Shown one piece after another: positions 39,476-48,467 of a DNA stretch of 64,000 nucleotides. The position numbers and the translations under genes were made by a program. Numbering within the stretch: position 1 is the stretch's first letter; the number at the start of each line of letters is the position of its first letter. The DNA comes from a virus. The DNA lies in the IMG/VR virus record IMGVR_UViG_3300028571_000009; one strand, 5' to 3'. Below the pieces are notes generated by a model. The model saw only the letters and a list, made by a program, of their open reading frames with translations. It was not told the DNA's origin and did not search any database.

Positions 39476-41740
39476 ATGGCAAAAATTAAGAAATTTGATG
39501 AGAGTAAAAATTGGGAAACCTCGAAGTATTGGATGGGTGATATGCGTGCTAATAAGCTCTCAGGTGCCCAGGGTAGAAGTTCGAATATAGTGGAGATGGC
39601 AGCATTTCAGCGTGCTATCTCGAATTTCGTCCGTATCACTACTGGTAAGGATATCCCGGTAAAATTTAATAATGGTTCTGTTCCCTTCACCAATGGGAAG
39701 GTGGTGACTATTTCAGCCACTATGGATAATAAGAAGTTTGACGTGAATGTAGGATTGGCCCTGCATGAAGGTAGTCACGTGCTTTTATCTAACTTTGATT
39801 TAGTCAGTGATATTGTAGATTTAAAGGACCAACGTATCCTTGATTTTATTACGGTGTCGATGAACGAGTTAGCACCGAATGGTAAACCGTATAAAGAGCA
39901 GAGAAGAATGGGGCACGGGCATATGCAAAAGGCTTGGGTACATCGTATTAAATCAATTCTGAATATTATTGAAGACCGTCGTATAGATAACTTTGTGTAT
40001 AATGCGGCTCCAGGATATCGTGGTTATTATTTATCTATGTATGCCGAGTATTTCAACAGTGAAGTCATCGACATTGCATTGAAGTATAACCACTTCACTA
40101 AGGAAGCGTGGAAAGATTATGAGTTTCATATGACCAATATTATGAACCCGAACCGTAACCCTTTAGCTCTTAAAAAGCTCAAGGCTGTGTTCGATAAAAT
40201 TGACTTGTATCACATAGGTCGTTTGAAGACCACGTCAGATGCATTTGATTTGACTCTGGAGGTTGCTGACTTAATTAAGGAGGAGCTTTTATTCAACGAA
40301 TCATGGTGTGACCCACTTCCGGAACCGGAACCAAAGTTAGAACCTGAGAAGAAGGAAGCTAAATCGTCTAAGCCAGAGAGCTCAGATGATGAAGATACTA
40401 AGGGTGATGAAGATGATTCTGATGATGCATTAGAAGAAGAAACTAAGGAATCCGGTAAGGCTAAATCAAAGTCTAAAAAGGCTGATGAAACTGAAGAAGA
40501 TGATGAAGACCCGAATTTAGATGAATTATCAGGAGATGCAAATGACCCTTTAGGTAGAGTTAATGAAGAAATGAGTGCTCCGCAATTATCACCGGACGAT
40601 ATGACAGAATCCGAGAAGGAATTAATTGAAAATGAGTTAGTAGATGCTATAGACCAGCAGGCTGAGTTTACCGATGGTAAGCCGACTTATAAGTCTTCTG
40701 TAGATTCTAAGGTTGATAAACAATTGACTGCTATGGAAAAGGGTGTGGACATTATGGGTGTCGGGCCTGATGGGATGAAGAAAAAATGTGTTGTTATTAA
40801 GGAGCTTAATGAGAATATCATTAATAACATTCCAGGCCCGTTTCATTCTAGTTTATATTATTCGTCAGAAAGGCTACGTAATGAACGCGATATTGCTGTA
40901 GCAAAAGTTGGTGGATATGATAAGTTCGACATAATGCAGTATGGCTCTTCGTATACAAATAACTGTGCCAATATTGCTGCCGGTATCCGTATGGGCAGTA
41001 TGCTAGGTAGAAAGCTTAAATTAAGAAATGAGTCCAGTGAGTTATTGAATACCCGTCTCCGTGAAGGTCGTATTGATAAGCGATTGATTGCTGAAATTGG
41101 TTATGGTGCTGAAGCGGTATTTAGTAAGTTATCAGTTAAGACCATTAACCCTGTTCACATACATTATTCAATTGATGCCTCGGGTAGTATGAATGGAGCT
41201 AGATTCAATGCCGCATTAATATCAGCCGCTGCAATTGCTAAGGCAGCCAGTATGATATCAGATGTACACGTTGTGATTAGCTTTCGTTCTACAATTGACG
41301 TAGGTAGTGGTGATTGTGCATGCACAGTTATTGGATATGATTCACATAAGAATCCGATATCGCACCTGATAAATTATATGGCCTTTATTAATACTAATTC
41401 AACCACCCCGGAAGGTCTATGTTTTGAATCTGTTCAAAAGATTATGGCTAATGACGTTAAGGGGAAAGATGGTATCTTTATTAATATATCAGACGGTGAA
41501 CCGTATTTCCACAAATATAGTGGCACTGTTGCTTTCACTCATACAAGGGGTGAAGTGAATAAGATTCGTGCAGCAGGCTATAAAGTGTTATCGTATTTCG
41601 TAGGTGGTAAAGTAGGCACACCGGTAAGCTATTCATTCGAAAGAATGTATGGTAAAGATGCTAAGAACATTGACGTAACTAACCTAGCCGCATTAGCTAA
41701 GACATTAAATGAAACCTTATTAGCTCCGACATATAACTAA
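39476..41740 (+). CDS. VWA-domain partner protein (CobT-like) with N-terminal HExxH and acidic linker
   Basis: ALHEGSH, IIEDRRID, D/E-rich linker, IDASGSM MIDAS, TPEG, ISDGEP. Confidence 0.85.
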   Translation: MAKIKKFDESKNWETSKYWMGDMRANKLSGAQGRSSNIVEMAAFQRAISNFVRITTGKDIPVKFNNGSVPFTNGKVVTISATMDNKKFDVNVGLALHEGSHVLLSNFDLVSDIVDLKDQRILDFITVSMNELAPNGKPYKEQRRMGHGHMQKAWVHRIKSILNIIEDRRIDNFVYNAAPGYRGYYLSMYAEYFNSEVIDIALKYNHFTKEAWKDYEFHMTNIMNPNRNPLALKKLKAVFDKIDLYHIGRLKTTSDAFDLTLEVADLIKEELLFNESWCDPLPEPEPKLEPEKKEAKSSKPESSDDEDTKGDEDDSDDALEEETKESGKAKSKSKKADETEEDDEDPNLDELSGDANDPLGRVNEEMSAPQLSPDDMTESEKELIENELVDAIDQQAEFTDGKPTYKSSVDSKVDKQLTAMEKGVDIMGVGPDGMKKKCVVIKELNENIINNIPGPFHSSLYYSSERLRNERDIAVAKVGGYDKFDIMQYGSSYTNNCANIAAGIRMGSMLGRKLKLRNESSELLNTRLREGRIDKRLIAEIGYGAEAVFSKLSVKTINPVHIHYSIDASGSMNGARFNAALISAAAIAKAASMISDVHVVISFRSTIDVGSGDCACTVIGYDSHKNPISHLINYMAFINTNSTTPEGLCFESVQKIMANDVKGKDGIFINISDGEPYFHKYSGTVAFTHTRGEVNKIRAAGYKVLSYFVGGKVGTPVSYSFERMYGKDAKNIDVTNLAALAKTLNETLLAPTYN

Positions 41741-41745
41741 GAGAT

Positions 41746-42195
41746 ATGACTATTAAGGACGAATACTTTAGACTAGTTGATTATGCATATAGACTAGGAG
41801 TCGATATTGAATACTCCGGGCGACACGCAGAATACGATACTGATGAAGCTACTATATACATACCTAAGAAGTACTATCTAACTATGCCAGGACTAGTAAT
41901 GCTACTTCATGAAGTGGGTCATATATATCAACCCGCAGCACCATACATTATCAACAGTAAGAATGATTTAGCCGGAATGCGTCAGGCTATATTATGGTAC
42001 GAGAACAATGCCTGGGATAATGCACTAAGCATCGCGCGGGACTTGTACAACAATACAACAATTCTAGACACATTAATAAAACTAATATATAAAGACAGAA
42101 AGTATTGTATGAATGAATACACAAAAGCTATATACACATATAAGAAGTCTACAGTAAAACATATATATGAAGGATATACCCTTGATAATCAATAG
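41746..42195 (+). CDS. HExxH zincin-like protein
   Basis: LLHEVGH...YE.NAW. Confidence 0.6.
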   Translation: MTIKDEYFRLVDYAYRLGVDIEYSGRHAEYDTDEATIYIPKKYYLTMPGLVMLLHEVGHIYQPAAPYIINSKNDLAGMRQAILWYENNAWDNALSIARDLYNNTTILDTLIKLIYKDRKYCMNEYTKAIYTYKKSTVKHIYEGYTLDNQ

Positions 42196-42224
42196 GTTAT
42201 ATAGCCCTTTAGAACCCATACACT

Positions 42225-42371
42225 TTAGGGTAACCCTATAGTAGGGTATTATATTAGGGCCCTTGTTAGGGTATCTTATAGGGGTAGTTAGGGTATCCCT
42301 GTCGGTTAGTTAGGGGGCTTATTATAATCCTTTTGGTACCCTAATAACCCCTTTAGGGCCCAAGATTAGGG
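42225..42371. repeat. TTAGGG-rich non-coding tract
   Basis: TTAGGG at 42225, 42254, 42266, 42288, 42310, 42353, 42366; CCCTAA at 42339. Confidence 0.85.
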
Positions 42372-42430
42372 TATAATATCCATGGAAACGGGGGCTAATA
42401 TTGGGTATCTATAGTGCCATTACCCTTCAC

Positions 42431-42567
42431 CATCTTGAGCATAGTTTTTGCTACACAAAACAATCCTTTTGATACTTCAAGTTATGAACGTTGTTATACT
42501 CCCCATCATCATCTTGAGCATAAGTTTTGCAACAGAAAAATAACCGGGCAATACTTCAAGTTATGAA
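42431..42567 (+). repeat. Imperfect direct repeat, 79-bp period
   Basis: CATCTTGAGCATA at 42431 and 42510; ATACTTCAAGTTATGAA at 42472 and 42551. Confidence 0.85.
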
Positions 42568-42637
42568 ACATTACATTGTAGAGCAATTAAGAGCTATTAA
42601 TATAGCTCATTATATCATATTCATTAATTAAAACAAA

Positions 42638-42934
42638 GTGGCTTATATGAGTGCTAAGGTAAAAAAGAATTACGAATTAGTGTATTACGACAATTGGCGC
42701 GGTGATTCAAATGAGATATCAATTGCCCGTTTGAATGACGGATTAGAATCGGGTGCGTTTGAATGGTTGGGCACCGATAAGATATCGGATGAGCCGCTTG
42801 AATTTCTACACTACATATATAGGTCGTCTGCACGTGATTGTGGAATGGGCAGTGTTATCATATACCATATGACATATGATGTTCATTTGGAGTTGGGTAT
42901 TATTGTTCCGATATCGTTTGGTAATACGGTATAA
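42638..42934 (+). CDS. Hypothetical protein
   Basis: ORF. Confidence 0.45.
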   Translation: MAYMSAKVKKNYELVYYDNWRGDSNEISIARLNDGLESGAFEWLGTDKISDEPLEFLHYIYRSSARDCGMGSVIIYHMTYDVHLELGIIVPISFGNTV

Positions 42935-42952
42935 GTTTATTATCTTAATAAT

Positions 42953-43023
42953 ATTAGTTAGAGAGTTATAGTATCCTTAGCTTATTGCGTATAGTAACGC
43001 TGTAACTTCTCTAACTATTTTTT
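42953..43023 (+). ncRNA. Candidate ~70-nt hairpin sRNA
   Basis: Promoter (TTG 42918, TATCTTAA 42941) followed directly by a long hairpin and T tract; no ORF. Confidence 0.5.
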
Positions 43024-43048
43024 ATTTAACAATTTAAACTAAACTATT

Positions 43049-43204
43049 ATGCTAATATTACAAACTATTAAAATTGCTGTATTAGCAGGATTTATCATAC
43101 TAATAGATAGTTGTTCAAACACTAAAGAATTATATAAACATTATCAATCACTTCCAACAAGTAAAACAGATACATTTCAATTGTATTATGATTTTGTGGA
43201 GTAA
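43049..43204 (+). CDS. Small lipoprotein-like protein (not in ORF track)
   Basis: Hand-translated 51 aa; hydrophobic leader then DSC. Confidence 0.45.
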   Translation: MLILQTIKIAVLAGFIILIDSCSNTKELYKHYQSLPTSKTDTFQLYYDFVE

Positions 43205-43220
43205 TAAAAACTTAAAACAC

Positions 43221-43463
43221 ATGAAACAACAACTAACACCAATACCTTCGGGACAAGATTTACTTAAAATGTCTAAACAGTCTGCTTTTGATGCTGGTAT
43301 GGCTTATCAAAAATCTTTAGAAGAAAAGAGTTATACATACGAAGATTTAGTTAAAGTGTTTAATTATGCTCAAGAATATACTATGGTTTCAAGATTTGCG
43401 GAAGATGGTTTTACTTTTGACCATGATTTAACACATTTACCATCATTTGCAAAAAACCTTTAA
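43221..43463 (+). CDS. Hypothetical protein
   Basis: ORF. Confidence 0.5.
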   Translation: MKQQLTPIPSGQDLLKMSKQSAFDAGMAYQKSLEEKSYTYEDLVKVFNYAQEYTMVSRFAEDGFTFDHDLTHLPSFAKNL

Positions 43464-43566
43464 AATTTTGCTGATTAAGATAACTATTTCTTTCTAACAT
43501 TAAACATGTCAGAGTCAGCAATATGAATCATTTGGTAATATCAACTTATTATCTTATCTTAATAAT

Positions 43567-43851
43567 ATGAAAACAAGAACATACTACTTGCCATTGGCAA
43601 TAACCATTATTTCGTTAACAATTAGCGGATGTGCCTTTTACTACAAAATTAATCGACACTTTAGTCAAGGTGAACAAGTTTACATTCAAAGACGTGATGA
43701 TTGTGGCCGTCCCGATAAGTTTGGTGAAGTGACAGAACAACCAAACAGTAAGGACAGTTCCGGCCGGATTATCTATAGAGTTAGAGATAGAGATGGTTGG
43801 GTAATGCCTTACTCTGAAAAATTTCTTGATTCACTAAACAATTGGTTCTAG
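43567..43851 (+). CDS. Hypothetical membrane or lipoprotein
   Basis: ATG 4 nt after TATCTTAA; N-terminal hydrophobic segment. Confidence 0.55.
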   Translation: MKTRTYYLPLAITIISLTISGCAFYYKINRHFSQGEQVYIQRRDDCGRPDKFGEVTEQPNSKDSSGRIIYRVRDRDGWVMPYSEKFLDSLNNWF

Positions 43852-43905
43852 AAATTGTGCGGTGAATCATTTGGTTGATTCACCGTAATTCCTTATCTTA
43901 ATAAT

Positions 43906-44244
43906 ATGGGAAAGAAGATAAATAATCCGGTTCTAGAGGCTGCAATCGATTGCTTTATTGAAGAAGCGAACGGTGTTATCGCTGAATATCATAAACAACA
44001 TTTAAGTAATGTTCCGGCCGAACCTATCAAAACAGCCGGAGGTAGTAAATATCTTAAACTAACCCGTAACCGGAGCGTGTGGGGCTTTATTGCCTTATGT
44101 GATGGTAAGATTGGGAAATATGAAGTCTCAGAGGGTGACTTACTAAAGGCTGCTAGTTATAATGCGCCAGCACCGGGTTATCGTGGCAATATTCTAATGA
44201 ATAATTGTGCATACGGTCCATACGGTCCATCATATTTAAACTAA
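43906..44244 (+). CDS. Conserved phage hypothetical protein
   Basis: G.KY.K, SVWGF, GDLLKAASY.AP...RGN pattern. Confidence 0.6.
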   Translation: MGKKINNPVLEAAIDCFIEEANGVIAEYHKQHLSNVPAEPIKTAGGSKYLKLTRNRSVWGFIALCDGKIGKYEVSEGDLLKAASYNAPAPGYRGNILMNNCAYGPYGPSYLN

Positions 44245-44360
44245 AAAAGTTTGGTAAGTTAGATACAGTTGATTAAAGATATACAGTTTGGCTAGCAATT
44301 CGTCAGCCCTGCTTGCGTAAAACTGATTGTTATGGGCTGGCACGGTTAAATTAATCTAAA

Positions 44361-44603
44361 ATGGAATTAAAGAAACGAATTGAATTAGCAACTAAAGATA
44401 CAGTTGGCTATTCAGAAGCAAGTAATAAAGAAAGTTTTATGGTTGGAGTTAGTGTTGCACTTTCTAAAGCAGAAGAACATTATGAAAGAGAGTTGACGCA
44501 GCTAAGAAGCCAAGTTGAGAATTTAAAGTCTGCCTGTAATACATATATGACAGACCTTAAAACTTTCGCTACTATTGTCAACCGTTATTCGGAGAACGAC
44601 TGA
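44361..44603 (+). CDS. Cassette 1 hypothetical protein
   Basis: ORF between GTTATGGGC and GCCCATAAC. Confidence 0.55.
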   Translation: MELKKRIELATKDTVGYSEASNKESFMVGVSVALSKAEEHYERELTQLRSQVENLKSACNTYMTDLKTFATIVNRYSEND

Positions 44604-44688
44604 TAGTGCTTGCCCATAACGTGCCGAGTATTGCCGATGGTGGGGCATAAAACCACCAATGTTTAATTGAAATACAAAACTTAAAAAT

Positions 44689-44979
44689 ATGCAGACAGAT
44701 ACATTAAAAGACAAAACCCCCACTATTGGCAATACTTTGTTATATGCTGTTAAAAATGGGCAGTTGAAAAGGTGGTTTTACGAGTTCCAACACGGACACC
44801 CATTTCTACTATCCGAAGAATCAGACATAATTGTAGAAACAAGATTGAATGACAAAGCAAGTCAATGGATGAATGATGAACAGATTAAAGAACTCGTAAA
44901 ACTTCGAGTAAAAGCAATGTATAAAAAGAAATTTCCAAATGCAAAACGGTGGTCGTTGCCCATTTTTAATTGCATATAA
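44689..44979 (+). CDS. Cassette 2 hypothetical protein
   Basis: ATG inside hairpin loop; stop is the TAA of the TAAC core. Confidence 0.6.
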   Translation: MQTDTLKDKTPTIGNTLLYAVKNGQLKRWFYEFQHGHPFLLSEESDIIVETRLNDKASQWMNDEQIKELVKLRVKAMYKKKFPNAKRWSLPIFNCI

Positions 44980-45033
44980 CGTGATGCAGCTAACCGAAGG
45001 CGGTAATTTTACAACTAAATTAAATACGAAGCA

Positions 45034-45228
45034 ATGAATTTCAATATACCACAAATGTTTTTACGAAGCAGGATTTACCGCTTTTGGTTAGATGCTGTTA
45101 GCGGTAGGTTTGTTCCTATTCGCTATTACATAACCGAGTTTTTCTGTTGGGTTGTCTGCGGAATAGATTTTTACAAAGACTATAAAAGGTTTTATAAAGG
45201 ACAAGATAAAGGACAAAGTGTCCCTTAA
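45034..45228 (+). CDS. Cassette 3 hypothetical protein
   Basis: ATG inside hairpin loop. Confidence 0.45.
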   Translation: MNFNIPQMFLRSRIYRFWLDAVSGRFVPIRYYITEFFCWVVCGIDFYKDYKRFYKGQDKGQSVP

Positions 45229-45445
45229 ACTTACCGCTAACTACTGCATTGGCGAAATAAAACATAATTAAAATGCTAACAATATCAACTACTTACGATT
45301 GCAAATACCAAGTCAAAGGAATGAATGAATATAAATTTGCAAAGAAGAAACTATTTAACACACAAAACAAAAATAATATTACTTATAACGGTTGCAGTTT
45401 ACCCTATAAACAGAACTATTATTTTATCAATTGAATACGCTAAAA

Positions 45446-45766
45446 ATGAAAAATAAAGTAAACATTCCAACAGAAAATTGTACATGTAAATTTGTAGTAA
45501 TGGATAATTACATGGGCGGTTATAGCTTGTACGCGACTAAGTACGCTGCATATCACCGTGACGTTATTCGTTCGATTCCTTATTTGGATAATACCGGTGG
45601 ATGTCTAGGTGGTGGTAGAATCAATATTACCGATGGTAAGATTACCGCATATGGATACTCAGTAGATTTCGGTACACCGAATCAAGAAATAGTAGAATCA
45701 CTGCTTAAAGAATATATTGCTGATAAACCAATCGAACTCGTTGTAGAAATGGGTGTCGGTTACTAA
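45446..45766 (+). CDS. Hypothetical protein
   Basis: ORF with GGG.I.I...I..YGYS..FG pattern. Confidence 0.55.
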   Translation: MKNKVNIPTENCTCKFVVMDNYMGGYSLYATKYAAYHRDVIRSIPYLDNTGGCLGGGRINITDGKITAYGYSVDFGTPNQEIVESLLKEYIADKPIELVVEMGVGY

Positions 45767-45886
45767 AATTATTGATATGACAAAGTTAGACAAAGAATGG
45801 TTTAATGGTTTATTTTGGGGAGTTTTAATTACAATTGAAACAATTATTGCTTTAAGACTTATTTTTTAAAATTAAAATCACACAAC

Positions 45887-46486
45887 ATGTTAAGACCAAA
45901 TGCAAAAGATTTCTTTACTCGTTTACACAATGTTGAAGTAAATCAAAAATACAACAAGAAATTACCTTACTCATTCCATTTGGAAATGGTGCACGCCCAG
46001 GCATTGAAGTTTAAAGATTGTTTAAACTCGAACCAGACAGTCGCTGATAGTTTAGAACGTACATTAGCATTCGAAGGATGTTACGGTCATGATTCTATAG
46101 AAGATGCTAGACTAACGTATAACGATATTAAGGAAAAATTCGATGAGAAACTGGCGGAGGTTATTTTTCTTTGCACAGAATTTCGTGGACGTAACAGAAG
46201 CGAACGCAAACCGGATGCATTTTATAATGAGATGATTACCAACCGAGTAGCAGTGTTTGTCAAGTTATGTGATATCATAGCAAATGTGAAATTTTCTATA
46301 TTGACCAATTCAAGTATGCTTAAGAAGGCGAGTACCGAATGGCCTAGGCAACGACGATTCTTTGAATCGTTTGTAGAGTATACACCGATGCTGACCTATT
46401 TAGACCGCTTATTTGCTTTAGACTGCGAAGGTTATAACATTCGCATGCTAAAGCAATTTGCTTTAGAATGCGAAGGTTATTATTAG
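45887..46486 (+). CDS. HD-domain hydrolase, (p)ppGpp hydrolase/Mesh1-like
   Basis: Q.Y...PYSFHL..V, GHDSIED, VKLCD.IAN. Confidence 0.7.
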   Translation: MLRPNAKDFFTRLHNVEVNQKYNKKLPYSFHLEMVHAQALKFKDCLNSNQTVADSLERTLAFEGCYGHDSIEDARLTYNDIKEKFDEKLAEVIFLCTEFRGRNRSERKPDAFYNEMITNRVAVFVKLCDIIANVKFSILTNSSMLKKASTEWPRQRRFFESFVEYTPMLTYLDRLFALDCEGYNIRMLKQFALECEGYY

Positions 46487-47052
46487 TTATAACCCTATTA
46501 GCACTAAGCTCTTATTCGGGGCCTAAGAGCGTGCTAGTTATAGGCGATAGCTTATCGTGCTATAAACCTAATGGTTGGGTCACATTAATAGCGCAACATT
46601 ATGATGCTCCAATCGTAAACTTATCGCAGGTGGGAAAAAACACCGATTGGATGCTGAATGCATTACGTAATGAGCTCCGATTGAATCATTACGATTATTC
46701 CACAGTGTTTATATACGGGGGAATTAACGATATATTTGGTGGTCGCAAGGTTACTGATGGGGTCGATAACATTAAGCAAATGGTTGATTTATGTAATCAT
46801 TATTATATTCAGCCGGTTGTTATATTAGGGTATGACCCGAATAAAATTAATATCAATACAAACCGAGACGGAGAAGAGCTTAACAGAAAACGCTATATCA
46901 AATATCAGCACATATTGCAAAATCTACATTTAGTAGCCAAGATAATACCGGTTGATACTACGATAACTAGAGATTATTCTTCGGATGGGATTCATGTAAA
47001 CGGTGCGGCGCAAAGGAAATTTGCTGATTGGATAGTAAATCATATGGAATAG
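46468..47052 (+). CDS. SGNH/GDSL hydrolase
   Basis: GDSLS, GGIND, DGIH. Confidence 0.85.
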   Translation: MRRLLLVITLLALSSYSGPKSVLVIGDSLSCYKPNGWVTLIAQHYDAPIVNLSQVGKNTDWMLNALRNELRLNHYDYSTVFIYGGINDIFGGRKVTDGVDNIKQMVDLCNHYYIQPVVILGYDPNKININTNRDGEELNRKRYIKYQHILQNLHLVAKIIPVDTTITRDYSSDGIHVNGAAQRKFADWIVNHME

Positions 47053-47090
47053 TATTTGGTAAATCGAAAGAAAAATCTTATCTTAATAAT

Positions 47091-47987
47091 ATGGAAAAAA
47101 TATTTAAAAAAGGTGGATACGTTAGATGTATTCATAAATCAGATTTCTGCGAAGAGCGCGCGTATAATCAGTTTAGGTTAGGTGGTGTTTATGAAATAGC
47201 CCTTGTATTTTCTACATATGTAGAAACTGTTGAAGGTTATCGACTTTGGCATACAGGCGGTAACTATAGTATAGAATGTGAATGGGTCGGTATGGAAAAG
47301 CCGGATGAATTAGTGTTGCCTGAAAGTTGGTATATTGTTGTTACTGAGGAGAATACAAATGATGTCTCGAATTGGAGGGGATGTGGCTCGAATCTACAAC
47401 CTGGTTGGTTTGCAGGTATGTACAAATGGAGCGACAGTCTTATCGCCAAAGGTCATAATATGACAGCTACGCCACGCGATAAATGTGGACTAGAAATTAC
47501 TTACGAACAATTTAAAAAATACGTATTAAAAACAAAATCAAAAAGTATGGACAAAGAAATTATTGGCTATGAAGCTCCAATGGACTTATTCGGCGGTGTT
47601 GTGAAAAAAGGAACGTTGTATACGCCCCATGACACAACTAATCCATCCGTAGGTTGGAGCCCGAATGATTATGTAGATGGATACATACGTTGTAATTTAG
47701 TTGTTCCGGAAGAACTTGTAAAGCAATGGAATCCGGTTTATAAAGTAAAGGAGACCGATGTTGTTACAATGTCAGGTACCGTAACGGTTGTAAAGGGCAA
47801 AATTATTGCAGATGGTAAGGAAATTACTTACGACGGCCTTAAGAACTTATATGATTATTTTGGTCCGCAAAAGTGGTACGGAATTCCGTGGGACGTTACT
47901 ATTAAAGAAACAATAAAAATCGGATGCTGGGAAGTCAGTAAGGATGATATCGCAACAATATTACGTGAATATCAAAAACTGAACTAG
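47091..47987 (+). CDS. Hypothetical protein
   Basis: ATG 4 nt after TATCTTAA. Confidence 0.6.
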   Translation: MEKIFKKGGYVRCIHKSDFCEERAYNQFRLGGVYEIALVFSTYVETVEGYRLWHTGGNYSIECEWVGMEKPDELVLPESWYIVVTEENTNDVSNWRGCGSNLQPGWFAGMYKWSDSLIAKGHNMTATPRDKCGLEITYEQFKKYVLKTKSKSMDKEIIGYEAPMDLFGGVVKKGTLYTPHDTTNPSVGWSPNDYVDGYIRCNLVVPEELVKQWNPVYKVKETDVVTMSGTVTVVKGKIIADGKEITYDGLKNLYDYFGPQKWYGIPWDVTIKETIKIGCWEVSKDDIATILREYQKLN

Positions 47988-47991
47988 TAGA

Positions 47992-48201
47992 ATGAACTAT
48001 CTTCAAAAATTAAAAGCTGATAAAGCGGCTAGAGAACATTATGAATCCGATAGCCAAAAGCTTAAGGAACTAGTGTTTGATATTAACGATTATCACGCCG
48101 CGTATGATGGTGCGTTCCTAAAAGAATTAGAAGAATTTATGGTAGAATATAAACAAAAGAAACTAAATGAGTACGACGACAGTATACCTTCTACTAATTA
48201 A
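47992..48201 (+). CDS. Hypothetical protein
   Basis: ORF. Confidence 0.5.
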   Translation: MNYLQKLKADKAAREHYESDSQKLKELVFDINDYHAAYDGAFLKELEEFMVEYKQKKLNEYDDSIPSTN

Positions 48202-48451
48202 TATATTAGTCAGCGTAATGTTTTTATTTTTGGTCACACATTTCGTTAGAATTAAAAAAGACCATAAAGCATTGCAGGCCGAATTCAGAGCATATAAAAT
48301 TTTACATCATACTGAGTATGGCAAAATACATCAGTTCATGGAAGAACAGTTTACATTGAATAACCAATTGGTTAAGGCTGTTGAGATTGCGTTAGATATC
48401 AAAGATTACAAACAACAAATTCCGTATTTCGGAATTGTTGGTGAAGCATAA
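48167..48451 (+). CDS. Membrane-anchored hypothetical protein
   Basis: N-terminal TM helix. Confidence 0.5.
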   Translation: MSTTTVYLLLINILVSVMFLFLVTHFVRIKKDHKALQAEFRAYKILHHTEYGKIHQFMEEQFTLNNQLVKAVEIALDIKDYKQQIPYFGIVGEA

Positions 48452-48467
48452 ACTAAAAAACAATATT

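Larger units (their letters stand above)
32705..42192. promoter_or_regulatory. Dispersed palindromic operator family, core (T/C)TGAT(A/T)ATCAA, 11 copies
   Basis: Cores at 32705, 32730, 33452, 34104, 34422, 36100, 37739, 37764, 39355, 39392, 42182. Confidence 0.8.
44280..45410 (+). mobile_element. Integron-like array of gene cassettes separated by attC-like hairpins (no integrase in window)
   Basis: Hairpins at 44612-44747 and 44972-45106; each right core is complementary to the next left core. Confidence 0.65.

Noticed and set aside
42225-42371. True eukaryotic telomere or contamination
   Set aside because: The hexamers are dispersed rather than tandem, occur in both orientations, and sit between phage genes
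32700-45400. CRISPR array
   Set aside because: The repeats have irregular spacing and flank whole genes; no constant repeat-spacer period, and no cas operon (the solo Cas4-like gene is 30 kb away)
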